Positions 9,897-18,808 of a stretch of DNA of 64,000 nucleotides are shown one piece after another. The stretch lies in assembly GCA_963836205.1 (NCBI GenBank), contig CAWIIV010000017.1, forward strand, positions 32,001 to 96,000, written 5' to 3'. The notes under the pieces are model-generated. The model made no database searches. It was not told the DNA's origin and worked only from the letters and a program-made list of their open reading frames with translations. A program made the position numbers and the translations under genes. The stretch is from an uncultured Acidimicrobiia bacterium. GTDB taxonomy: Bacteria; Actinomycetota; Acidimicrobiia; Acidimicrobiales; AC-14. Within the stretch, counting starts at the first letter, position 1; each line of letters opens with the position of its first letter.

Positions 9897-11932
9897 TCAC
9901 CGCCTCACACGGGCACTGGTGGCGAGTGCAGCCGCTACCGCCGCGGTCGTGAACACGCGGTTCTGGTCGAGCGCGTCGATCGTCCGCTCCTGTCCGGCCC
10001 CGACAAGCTGTCCGGGCATGGGCACGCGAAGGCGCGCCGAGGCAGGCCAGCTTCCGTCCACGTGTTGCGCGCCCAAGAGCCACCGCACCGCCCGCGCCTC
10101 GTCCGCCCCGAACGTTGTCTCGTGCCCCAGGATTCGCAGGCACCACGCGGTCGCCCACGCCGACGGTTCTCCGTCGACGCTGTGGACCGCGCCCGATGCG
10201 GTGAGCCGGGTCCGCGCCCAACCGGCGGCAGTGGCGCGCGAGGCGGGCAGCACGTCGGCAGCGAGTGCGGTCGTGTACTCGTCGTCCCACCACCAGTAGC
10301 TCTGCCAGTTGCCGGCGTCGCCCTGCTGGCGGCCCAGGTAGTCGACGGTCACCGGGCCGAGGAGCGGCGCCGCGGCGGCGGTCACGCAGTCGTGCGTCGC
10401 CTGCCAGCCCGCGAACGACGCGTCCTCCGGCAGGCGCGTGAAGCGCCGAATGGCGTCTCGCTCGGCGTAGGTCGTGATACCGCCCTCGGCCGAGACGTGC
10501 CCGGCGAGAAAGGCGTAGGCCGCAGCGACACGTCCGTGATCGAGGACACGAAGGCCGCCGGCCAGCCGCAGGGCCCACGCGGTGCTGTCGGCGTCGGCGG
10601 GCGTCAGCCGGTTGTAGCCCCAGCCCGGCTCGTCGGGGCGCCGGCGGAGCAGCGCCTCCCACGCCCGTCGGGCCGCTCGGCAGGTCTTCTCGCCCGGCGC
10701 CTCCAGCAGGCAGGCGCCCACGAACGCGGTCACCCACTCGTCGCTCGGACCGGCCGGCAGGAGGAAATCGGACCAGCGCCCCGTGTGCGCCTGCCGGGAG
10801 AGCAGGAAGTCGATCGCACCGGATAGCGCCTGGGCGACCGGGCGCTCCGAGCTCCCCGAAACGGCCGCGTGAGCCCCCGGGCGAGGCGTCCGCCAGACAT
10901 GCCCCGCACCCCAATACCCCTTGGCGACAGCCTGCTGCCCGGCGACCGTGAGCTTGACGTGGGACAACTGGCGCTCGGTCGTGGAGAAGTGATCAGCGGG
11001 GGCGGCGAGTGTCGCCGCGATCCACGCCGCCGGCCACTCCCCGGGCGCTTCGGGCGGGGTCAGCACACCAGGCACGTCAAGCAACGCTGCCGCATTGGCG
11101 GCCGTGCAGAGCCCCTCAGCCGTGAGTTCTTCGAGGAGCTCGCGCCAGCGGGGCTCTTGCGGCGGCTGGATGGCGAGCACACATTCCAGGCCGAGGTGCG
11201 GGTAGACGACGGGGCCGACGTCGAGGCAGACGGTGACCCGGTCGACGCGGTCGTACGCCCACCCGGCCCAGTGCTCGACGGCCCCCAGCGGGCCGTTCCA
11301 GCCGACCGCCTCCAGGAACGGGGCGAGCTCGTCGAGCCGTAGCCGCTTGACGTTCACCCGCACGGCTTCGGTCGTGCGGCCCAGCATGGCGCCGAGAAAG
11401 CTCACCGAGGCGCCCGTGGGGCACGCGGCAAAGCAGCCCGCCAGGCTGTCGGCCAGAGCTGGCGGCCACGGCGCAGGCAGCAGGAGCGCGAGGGCGGCCT
11501 CCGCCACTGCTTCACCGTCGGCCTCGGGGACGGAGAGGAAGACCGATGGGGTCAAGGCGGGCTGAGGGGCGGGGTCGAGGTCGTGCTCCAGGAAGACCTC
11601 GGCGATCCCGCGGTGCACCAACGTCGTGGGGTCGGCCCAGGCCGCGCTGAAGCGGTGGAGCCGCGCCCACGCGCCATCACCCACCCTCGCCGCCGGCTGG
11701 GTCGCGAGCAGAAAGTCACGGAGCAGCGCGGGCTCTCCGTCGTCACGCCGAATGCACTGCTGAAGCTCGATCGTGGGCGCGGGGTCGGCCAACCGGCACT
11801 CCAGGGCGACCCGTGGGATGGGCGCCAAGCGCCGGGTCAGGTCGGCCAGGTTGCGTCGATTGACGGGCGTGTCCCAGGCTGCCGGGAGGGCAGGCAGAGT
11901 GTGGGCCAGTAGTCCGCCAGCGCCGCGGTCAA
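9897..11932 (-). CDS. Two-domain protein: putative prenyltransferase (N-terminal) fused to a class II terpene cyclase/squalene-hopene-cyclase-like domain (C-terminal)
   Basis: C-half has QW-type repeats (FLLSRQAHTGRW, YLGRQQGDAGNW, WLLGAQHVDGSW) and GWGYN..TPADADSTA (DxDD-like). The N-half assignment is inference. The start is either ATG 11966 or TTG 11932 with a 1-nt deletion near 11908. Confidence 0.75.
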
Positions 11933-12948
11933 CCTCGCAGCCGCCCCATCTCGGCCAGCATCGCATCGCAGATGCGGGGGAGGGCCGCCAAGCTGTCGGG
12001 TCGTTCCACCGTGCGGACCGGCGTCACGCCCACCAGGTCGGCCAGGGTCGACAAGCGCTGGGCGTCGATCGTGGGGACGAGCCAGGCCGGAGTGAGGAGC
12101 TGGGCGACCACGTGCGGCACGGCTGCCGCTGGGGAAAGGGCCGTGACCCGGGGCTCCTGCAGCAGTTCGGCGCGCGGGGGCAGCAGGAAGATGCCTGCCA
12201 AGGGGATCGGCGCGGCGCCGGCGGAGTGATCCGCGCCCTCGGCGAAGGAGACGACTCCCTTGTCCTCGAGTCGCTCGTAGTCCACCCCGGGGAGCTCGGG
12301 CGAGCGCGGCCAAAGCGGCGTCGCGACCACCTCGGGGATCCCGAGCGCCTCCCGGGCCTGAGGCATCAGCCGGATGGCAGGTATGCCGGGGAAGATGACC
12401 CAGCCGCGGGCCTCCCGGGCGAGGACGGCCACGTCGTCGCTGATCGCGGCGCAGCCCCGCTGGATCAGCGCGGTGACGGTCGTGGATTTGCCCGCTCCCT
12501 GCACGCCCGCAACGACGAAGGCGGCGCCCCGCCACCCGATGACACCGGCATGGAGCGCAAGACGTCCGAGCCGGGACAGCAGGTAGCCCATCACGGTGCT
12601 GAGCAGGAGGGTGGAGACATGAACTGGCGGGATCTCCTGCGTCCAGGTGACGACGACACGTGTCCCGGCGGGTTCGACGTCGAACTGGACGTGATGGCGG
12701 CCGTACCCGAAGCGGAGTCGGGTCCAGCCCTCCGTATACCCAGGAGCAGCTGAAACCGTCAACCACCCGCCGGTCTCCTCGACGATCGTGCGCGACCCGG
12801 GCGCCGTCGGGTCTCCTTCGGCAGCGACTCCGGCCCAGTCGACGACCACGTCCGGTGACCCCGTGCGCACCGCGCGGAGGCCCGACGAATGAAGGGGGAC
12901 GTTGCACTCCAGCGTCAACCCGTAGACCGCGTAGCGGTACGGGCCCAA
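11929..12948 (-). CDS. HPr-kinase-like lasso peptide kinase
   Basis: LHAGVI, P-loop GVQGAGKST and ISDDV; N-terminal YRYAVYGL; directly downstream of the precursor. Confidence 0.88.
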   Translation of the reverse strand: MGPYRYAVYGLTLECNVPLHSSGLRAVRTGSPDVVVDWAGVAAEGDPTAPGSRTIVEETGGWLTVSAAPGYTEGWTRLRFGYGRHHVQFDVEPAGTRVVVTWTQEIPPVHVSTLLLSTVMGYLLSRLGRLALHAGVIGWRGAAFVVAGVQGAGKSTTVTALIQRGCAAISDDVAVLAREARGWVIFPGIPAIRLMPQAREALGIPEVVATPLWPRSPELPGVDYERLEDKGVVSFAEGADHSAGAAPIPLAGIFLLPPRAELLQEPRVTALSPAAAVPHVVAQLLTPAWLVPTIDAQRLSTLADLVGVTPVRTVERPDSLAALPRICDAMLAEMGRLRG

Positions 12949-13128
12949 CTACGAAGCGTAGATGTCGGCGCCGCCGCCGCCGTCGAAGTTCGGCCCTGCC
13001 GCGTTGGTCAGGGTCAGATCGCGCACGCTGCCGTAGGACCGCACCGTCGGTGGCTGGTAACGCTTCCTCGTGGGAATCTCGGCGTCGCCGTGGGCGCCGT
13101 CCGTTGATTCATCGGCCGAATGCGGCAT
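12949..13128 (-). CDS. Lasso peptide precursor (59 aa)
   Basis: Hand translation: MPHSADESTDGAHGDAEIPTRKRYQPPTVRSYGSVRDLTLTNAAGPNFDGGGGADIYAS*. Leader motif YxxPxVxxxGxxxxxT, RBS GGAGG, C-terminal Ser. Confidence 0.92.
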   Translation of the reverse strand: MPHSADESTDGAHGDAEIPTRKRYQPPTVRSYGSVRDLTLTNAAGPNFDGGGGADIYAS

Positions 13129-13171
13129 TCACGCCTCCAGGTGCGAGCGATCCGCCGACGGCCAAATGATG

Positions 13172-14953
13172 CTACTTCGCGCCGGCGCTGCGGTGCCAGC
13201 AGCGCCGGTGGCGCAGCCAGTACGCGAGTTCGACGGGTGGACGCTGCTTCGCCCAGATCTCTGCTTGCACAACCGCGGACGCACGTTGCACGGCGCCAAG
13301 CCAGCGCGAGTCGACGTGGCCGGCCATCTCCGGCGCGGCCAGAAGGTCGATCTGCCAGCCGGGCACGCCCGACTGCCTCTGCTGTTCGAGGGTCACGTTT
13401 CCGGGCATCACGGTCTTGGGTCGCGTGCGTACGCCCTCCGGCAAGCGCTCGCCCATGGCGACGCGCAGCAGGCGCTTGTCTTCGAGCCATGGCACCGGCG
13501 GGATGGCCAGCACGAACTCGAGTAGGCGCAGGTCGAAGAAGGGGAAGCGGATCGAGAGGGGGCGACCGTTGTAGCCGGCGTCCGACCACGCGAAGAGCGC
13601 TCTCCAGAGCGGCGCACCGGCCATGCCGGCCTGCTCGCGCCGGGACATTTGCCGGAGGAGAGTGGCGCGGTCGGCCAGGTCCAGGTCGCGGGCCCACTGC
13701 CCGTTGACCCAGGCCGGGAGTGGGTCGGGCTGACGCAGTCGCCGCCGCTCTCGACCGCTGTCGGCCAACCGGCGCAGGGGCCATTTCCAGGAACCGTGGC
13801 GCAGCGCGGCCCGGACGCGGGGCCACGACAGCTCAGGCGGCGCGAGGAGTGGGTCGCCGCCGTACCCCGTCAGCAGCACCGGGGCGAAGGCTGCGGTGCG
13901 CCGGCAGACCTCCTCCATAACCCACAGCGTGGCGGCTCCGGGTTCCGGCGGCACCCAGGCGGGCTCGGCTGGGGGCTCGGCGCGCAGGTACGTCTCGCCG
14001 TTGAGCAGCTCGACGGGAAAGCCCGAATGAGCGGCCACCTGCGCCGCCAAACGGCCTTCTTGGTCGTGGATCAGCGTGGGGTACTCGATGGAGAACGCCC
14101 GCAGGTCGAAGGGCTGACCGTTCGCCTTGAGTCGACGGTGGGCGGTCACAGCGATGCTCGACGAGTCCATCCCCCCGCTCAGCTGGCTCCCGGCGCGTTG
14201 GGTGCGCAGGCGGTCCCCCACCGCCTGGTCGAAGAGCAGCCGGAAGTGCTCGGCGTACTCCTCCGGCCTGCGGTACCGGAGGGGGCGAGCAGGCCGGGGC
14301 AACCTCCAGTAACGGTCGACGCGCAGCCCACCTCTGTCGCAGGTGAGCTTGTGGCCTGCGGGCACGCGCCGAATGGCCGAGTACCCGGTGGCCGCGTCGT
14401 CGAGCGTCACCTGGAACAGGGCGACCTCGGCCAGAGTCTGTTCGTCGAGGGTGTCGGGGACACGGGGATGGAGCAGCAGGCTGTGCAGGGTGTTGCCGAC
14501 GAGCAGGGTGCCGCCGGGTTGCGAGTAGAAGAGTTGGGCCACGCCGAGCTGATCCCGTGCCGCCAGGAGGCGCTCCTGGCGCCCGTCCCACAAGACGAAG
14601 GCAAAGTCACCGATCAGGTGGTCCAGGCACTCGTCGCCCCACACGAGGTAGGCGTGCAGGATCAACTCGACATCGGTTGCGCCCGCCGAGACATCGCAGC
14701 TCCGTTCGCGCAAACGCTGGACGAGGGAGGCACGCCCGTCGATGCGGGCATCGGCTGTGATCCACACACCACCGCCGAGGCTGCACGGCTGGCATTCCTG
14801 TTCGGACTCGACGCTGGTGCGGAAGAGCGTGTGGCCGAGCCCCACGTGATCGTCCGCCCAGACGTTCCGGGCATCCGGGCCACGAAAGGCCATAGCGGCC
14901 GTCATTCCGGTGAGCAGTGCAACGTCGAGGGGGGCGCCGTCGGAGTTGAGCAT
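13172..14953 (-). CDS. Lasso peptide cyclase (asparagine synthetase-like, C protein)
   Basis: RGPD, ITADARID, GDFAF, ARDQLG, LSGGMDSSS, LLTGYGGD, RFPFFDLRL and RPK motifs. No N-terminal Cys; flanked by the RRE and precursor genes. Confidence 0.92.
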   Translation of the reverse strand: MLNSDGAPLDVALLTGMTAAMAFRGPDARNVWADDHVGLGHTLFRTSVESEQECQPCSLGGGVWITADARIDGRASLVQRLRERSCDVSAGATDVELILHAYLVWGDECLDHLIGDFAFVLWDGRQERLLAARDQLGVAQLFYSQPGGTLLVGNTLHSLLLHPRVPDTLDEQTLAEVALFQVTLDDAATGYSAIRRVPAGHKLTCDRGGLRVDRYWRLPRPARPLRYRRPEEYAEHFRLLFDQAVGDRLRTQRAGSQLSGGMDSSSIAVTAHRRLKANGQPFDLRAFSIEYPTLIHDQEGRLAAQVAAHSGFPVELLNGETYLRAEPPAEPAWVPPEPGAATLWVMEEVCRRTAAFAPVLLTGYGGDPLLAPPELSWPRVRAALRHGSWKWPLRRLADSGRERRRLRQPDPLPAWVNGQWARDLDLADRATLLRQMSRREQAGMAGAPLWRALFAWSDAGYNGRPLSIRFPFFDLRLLEFVLAIPPVPWLEDKRLLRVAMGERLPEGVRTRPKTVMPGNVTLEQQRQSGVPGWQIDLLAAPEMAGHVDSRWLGAVQRASAVVQAEIWAKQRPPVELAYWLRHRRCWHRSAGAK

Positions 14954-14970
14954 GCCGACGATCCTCCCCT

Positions 14971-15038
14971 CCCGCTCATCCGCTAGGCCCGCTCATCCGC
15001 TAGGCCCGCTCATCCGCGAGGCCCGCTCATCGGCTAGG
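14971..15038. repeat. 17-bp tandem repeat x4 at the RRE/cyclase junction
   Basis: CCCGCTCATCCGCTAGG x2, CCCGCTCATCCGCGAGG, CCCGCTCATCGGCTAGG. Confidence 0.95.
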
Positions 15039-15312
15039 TCCGTTCGACGTGGATCAACCCGAGATCGGCGAGTTCATCGAGCATCCGTTCGAGGTCGCGG
15101 CGCAGCGTCGTCTCCTCGACCTCGTACTCGCTCAGCAGAGCCGCCACGATGGGATCGAGGGTCCGGTGCTCCCGCAGCAGTTGCCAGACGCGACTTCCGA
15201 CTTCGTCCAAGCCGTAGTAGCGCTCGGTGCCCAGGTGAAGGAGGACGGTCTCCTCCCCGAGCTGTTGGTGAAGAACGGCGTTGGGGACCGTGATCTGCTC
15301 GGGAAGACTCAC
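15034..15312 (-). CDS. PqqD-family RiPP recognition element (lasso B1)
   Basis: ETVLL...YYGLDEVGSRVWQLL...EYEV...DL...L...GLI; 92 aa; GTGA overlap with the upstream gene. Confidence 0.95.
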   Translation of the reverse strand: MSLPEQITVPNAVLHQQLGEETVLLHLGTERYYGLDEVGSRVWQLLREHRTLDPIVAALLSEYEVEETTLRRDLERMLDELADLGLIHVERT

Positions 15313-16703
15313 GAAAACGTACCTAGCACCGTGAAACGTTCGAGGTTCTCTCCTCCCGCCACCACGACGTCGCCGCTGTGAAGCCAGGCGTGAGCCTCCA
15401 GCTGCGTCTCCCCGTCCTTGGCGACGCCCAGAGAGAGGGTGCTGGCAATCCCCCGGCGTCGCAGCATGTATTTGCCCGCGAGCGCCTCAGCCAGGCAATG
15501 GCCGCGCCAGGGCACGCGCCGGCGCATCCTCTCCAGCGCCCACGCGACGCGCTCCCGGTCGGCGAGCGTCGCGGCGTCGTTCTGACTGGGGGTCTCACCG
15601 ACCCGTTGGCGGAGGGCGCGGGTAAGCCAACGAAAGGGCAGGGCGGCAACACCCAGTCGCGCCACCGCCAGGCACACAGCTGTGTCGAGGAGCAGCAAGC
15701 GGTTGCTGCCGGCCACCCGTCGGGCCACGACGAACCGAGCTGCGGGGCCGATCGACGTGGCCAACCCCCGCCAGTAGACGGCGTAGCCGGCGACGAGGGA
15801 CGGCGTCTGGGCTGACACGTAGCGAACCTTGGCCGGGGATGGGATGAGGGTCCACCGCACGATCCGGACCTTGTCACGGATGGTGGGGGCCGTGCGCAGG
15901 CGGGAGAGTGACATCACCCCTCGAGGCGCCCACGGGCGTTTGCGGTGGTAGGCAGAGTCGGCAAATGCCATGTGAGGAAGGCCGAGGCGGCCGGCGAGAT
16001 CCACACCCTCGGGGAGCCGGCGGAGGCTCAACCCGACGACGCCGGCTATCCCGAGCCGCTCCGCCAGCTGGACCACCTCTTGCCATCCTTCGAGTGGCAG
16101 CGCATCGAGGGCGCGGCGGAGGTCCTCCGCAGTGTGAAGGGTGAACCCGTGCTGCATCGCATGCACGACGATGTGGAGCGCAATGCCGATGCGGTCGAGG
16201 ACCCGCACCTCGACGCCGCCCACCAGCATCGCTTCACACCGGGCGTCGAACGCATCCCACAAGAGGCTGTCCGGAACGTTCAGGTCCGGGATGTTGCGAT
16301 GGAGGTCGACCTTGCCGCCTGGACGCGCCCCCGAGTCCGGAGCACGGGTGAAAGGGCTCTCGACGGCCTGGGTGCTTCGCTCCCAGGGGTGGAAGTCCTC
16401 GAGCAGCTCGGTGAATCCGAGCGACCGAAGCACCGAGCCCGCGTTGACGAACTGCGACGGCGGGACCAGGAGGTCGGTGTCGCGGTACAGGCGACCCCCC
16501 GCCGGGTAGAGCCAGCGTGCGATCGACGGGCCTTTGAGGAGGATCGCGGGGATGCCGGCATCGTCGAAGGCGGCGATGACCTCGCCAGTCACGCGATCGA
16601 CGTAGAGGGCGCAGGCGGCGTGCAGCGCCGTCTGGTCGGGCCTCGCGTCCGCGACGGCGCCGTCGGATTGCCCCACCAGGGCCGAAGCCCCGCCACGCGC
16701 CAC
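15309..16703 (-). CDS. Nucleotidyltransferase fused to lasso leader peptidase (B2); start uncertain
   Basis: N-terminal ILLKGP...RLYRDTDLLV...VDLH (NTP_transf_5-like). C-terminal CLAEALA...LGV...AHAW transglutaminase-like Cys/His motifs. Single reading frame. Confidence 0.85.
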   Translation of the reverse strand: MARGGASALVGQSDGAVADARPDQTALHAACALYVDRVTGEVIAAFDDAGIPAILLKGPSIARWLYPAGGRLYRDTDLLVPPSQFVNAGSVLRSLGFTELLEDFHPWERSTQAVESPFTRAPDSGARPGGKVDLHRNIPDLNVPDSLLWDAFDARCEAMLVGGVEVRVLDRIGIALHIVVHAMQHGFTLHTAEDLRRALDALPLEGWQEVVQLAERLGIAGVVGLSLRRLPEGVDLAGRLGLPHMAFADSAYHRKRPWAPRGVMSLSRLRTAPTIRDKVRIVRWTLIPSPAKVRYVSAQTPSLVAGYAVYWRGLATSIGPAARFVVARRVAGSNRLLLLDTAVCLAVARLGVAALPFRWLTRALRQRVGETPSQNDAATLADRERVAWALERMRRRVPWRGHCLAEALAGKYMLRRRGIASTLSLGVAKDGETQLEAHAWLHSGDVVVAGGENLERFTVLGTFS

Positions 16704-17095
16704 GCCGAATCGTATCGGCTGACAGGGAGGGCCTGCGAGATTCGCGAACTGCGGTGCGGATCCGTCGGACACCCCGGAGGACACCGCGACGTGAGAGGGC
16801 GGCAACGGTTCCCCGCCACTTGCCTCGGCGAGGTTGCGCTGCCGCCGGCTGGATGTGATGCAACAATCGAGGGGCGGTCGGGGGACCGCATCGCTGAGCA
16901 CACGCGAAAGGAGTGGGCGTCCGTGATTCCCGGCCAACGCTGACGTCACTGAACGACGTGGTGGTTCCGCTGAGGGGGTAGCACGCCGGGGCCGACGAAG
17001 GCAGCGACGGTCAACGCCTCCGCAGCAGAGCGAGGGTCGTGCAGGTTCCGGAGCCGCAGGAGCCGCGTCCGAGGAATGGGCCGGCGGGGCAGTCG

Positions 17096-17176
17096 TTTCA
17101 ATGCATTCCACACGGAGCCGCAACGCCCTGACCAGCACTCTCGCGCTGAACAGGGGGGTGCCCGGGGTGGGATTCG
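17096..17176. repeat. Degenerate direct repeat of the tRNA-Leu 3' end and its downstream flank (att-like)
   Basis: TTTCAATGCATT.CACACGGAGC.GCAACGCCCTGACCAGCACT.TCGCGC...GGGGGTGCCCGGGGTGGGATTCG matches about 18646-18725. Confidence 0.9.
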
Positions 17177-17569
17177 CGAACTCTCACCGGGACTGATTTT
17201 CGCTGTGTTGCAGAGTCCGCCTCGTAGGCTCTGACCAGCACTTTCGCGTTTCCGAAGCCTGGCCGTGCCGTCCCGTGGTGGCTGATCTGAGGGAGTTTGT
17301 GACCAGGCTTTTGACCAGCGAGGCGCCAAGTCCGCCGTCTCGCTAGGGCCTCAGCGGCCTTCCTGGACCCCTCTACCTACCCGACGGGTCAAAGACCGCG
17401 ATCTGGCGGCCGCCGAGGGCAGCCTTGACGGCCCGGGCTCGCGTTCGCCCTGGAGGCTTTCGACAACTACAAGCCCGGGACGTTCTTCGATGCCGAGGGT
17501 GGCTGCCCTCATCGACGAATCGAGGATCTAAATGGCCGGCCTCGGTTGTTGCACCTCGATCAGAGAGCC

Positions 17570-18130
17570 TCACAGCGTGGCCGGGCGAAGGGCGGCGACG
17601 GACTCGTGAAGGCCGACGATCGCGAGCCCGTCGAGCACCTCGGTGGTGGTCATCGGCGGGTTACGCAAGGCGGCAGCCTGCTGTTCGATCACGGCGGCCA
17701 CCGCCTCCAGATCGGCGTGGATCAGTCTGAGGATGAAGTCATCTGGCGATAGAACGGTGATGCTGGGTGGGACGGCAGCCGCTGGGAAGTCACCCAGGTT
17801 CGATGTCACCACGATGTCGGCGCTGGCAACTATGGCGGCGGCGACTACCTGTCGATCGGACGGGTCGGGCAGGTCGAGCTGTTCGATCAGGTGCTCGTAG
17901 TCCCGGACGATCGCATCCGGAACGGCGACGTTCACGAGGCCACGGGTCCGGTCGAGGCGTTCGGCAGGAAGGTCCGGTCGGTCGGCGAGGAGGTTGCTGA
18001 AGCACTCGTCGAGGATCTGCTCGGTCCAGAGCGCCTGGTAGTGGCCTGCGATGGCGAGGCGGAGGAGAAAGTCGCGCACACGGGCGGGGTAGAGCACGTT
18101 GGCGTCCAGCACCGCCACTGGGCGGGCCAC
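17570..18130 (-). CDS. PIN domain protein (PIN_3-like putative toxin)
   Basis: VLDANVLY, ILDE, LPDPSDRQVVAAA, IVVTSNLGDFP. Confidence 0.9.
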   Translation of the reverse strand: MARPVAVLDANVLYPARVRDFLLRLAIAGHYQALWTEQILDECFSNLLADRPDLPAERLDRTRGLVNVAVPDAIVRDYEHLIEQLDLPDPSDRQVVAAAIVASADIVVTSNLGDFPAAAVPPSITVLSPDDFILRLIHADLEAVAAVIEQQAAALRNPPMTTTEVLDGLAIVGLHESVAALRPATL

Positions 18131-18132
18131 GG

Positions 18133-18543
18133 TCAGTACAGGCCCAGGTCCTGCGCTTCGGCGGCCAGGTCGGCGACCGCTTGGAGGCGTCGGGCCTGGT
18201 CGACCTCCCGGTAGAGGAGCACGTCGGCCAGCTTCATACGCCGCCGCGTGCCGACCTTCCGGGACGGGATCTCGCCTCGATCGACGAGGCCAACCACGTA
18301 CGGGCGCGACACGTTGAGCAGGTCCGCTGCCTGCTGGGTGGTGATCTCCTCATCGTCAGCAATAACCCGAACGTGCTCGCCTCGTCGTACGTGATCGAGC
18401 ACATCGGCCAGCACTAACACGGCCGATGCGGGCAGCTCGATGGGCTCACGGTCCGGACCGCTCGGCAGCACCACCACCCGACCACCGCGCAAGGCGACGG
18501 CCGCTGCGGCTGCCTGTTCGGACTCTGACAGGACACTCGGCAT
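18133..18543 (-). CDS. Excisionase-like HTH DNA-binding protein (putative antitoxin)
   Basis: ITTQQAADLLNVSRPYVVGLVDRGEIP..KVGTRRR and a C-terminal EAQDLGLY; typical partner of PIN_3 genes. Confidence 0.88.
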   Translation of the reverse strand: MPSVLSESEQAAAAAVALRGGRVVVLPSGPDREPIELPASAVLVLADVLDHVRRGEHVRVIADDEEITTQQAADLLNVSRPYVVGLVDRGEIPSRKVGTRRRMKLADVLLYREVDQARRLQAVADLAAEAQDLGLY

Positions 18544-18707
18544 CCCGACAGGATACGAAATAAACGAAGCGAACGAAACAAGCGTGAGGATTTCCGTCAC
18601 GAAACAGGCGCATGATTGTGACCAAACTCGTGACCACAACGGTCATTTCAATGCATTTCACACGGAGCGGCAACGCCCTGACCAGCACTTTCGCGCCGCA
18701 CAGGGGG

Positions 18708-18794
18708 TGCCCGGGGTGGGATTCGAACCCACACGGCCCATGCGGGCCAAAGGGGTTTAAGCCCTTCGCGTCTGACCAGTTCCGCCACCCGGGC
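18708..18794 (-). tRNA. tRNA-Leu (anticodon TAA)
   Basis: GCCCGGG acceptor stem, anticodon arm AAGGG-CTTAAAC-CCCTT, long variable arm, GGTTCGAATCC T-arm; CCA not encoded. Confidence 0.95.
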
Positions 18795-18808
18795 CGGCGG
18801 CGCTCACG

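Noticed and set aside
9897-11966. Ordinary squalene-hopene cyclase for hopanoids
   Set aside because: Only one cyclase-like barrel, an unrelated N-terminal domain, no canonical DxDD and no hpn genes nearby.
13172-14953. Housekeeping asparagine synthetase (asnB)
   Set aside because: No N-terminal catalytic Cys, and it is flanked by RRE, B2 and a lasso precursor.
15034-15312. PQQ biosynthesis
   Set aside because: No pqqB/C/E; the PqqD fold here is the lasso RRE.
16704-17138. N-terminal extension of the NTase-B2 ORF to 17138
   Set aside because: It runs into the att-like repeat and has non-coding-like composition; more likely promoter or intergenic DNA.
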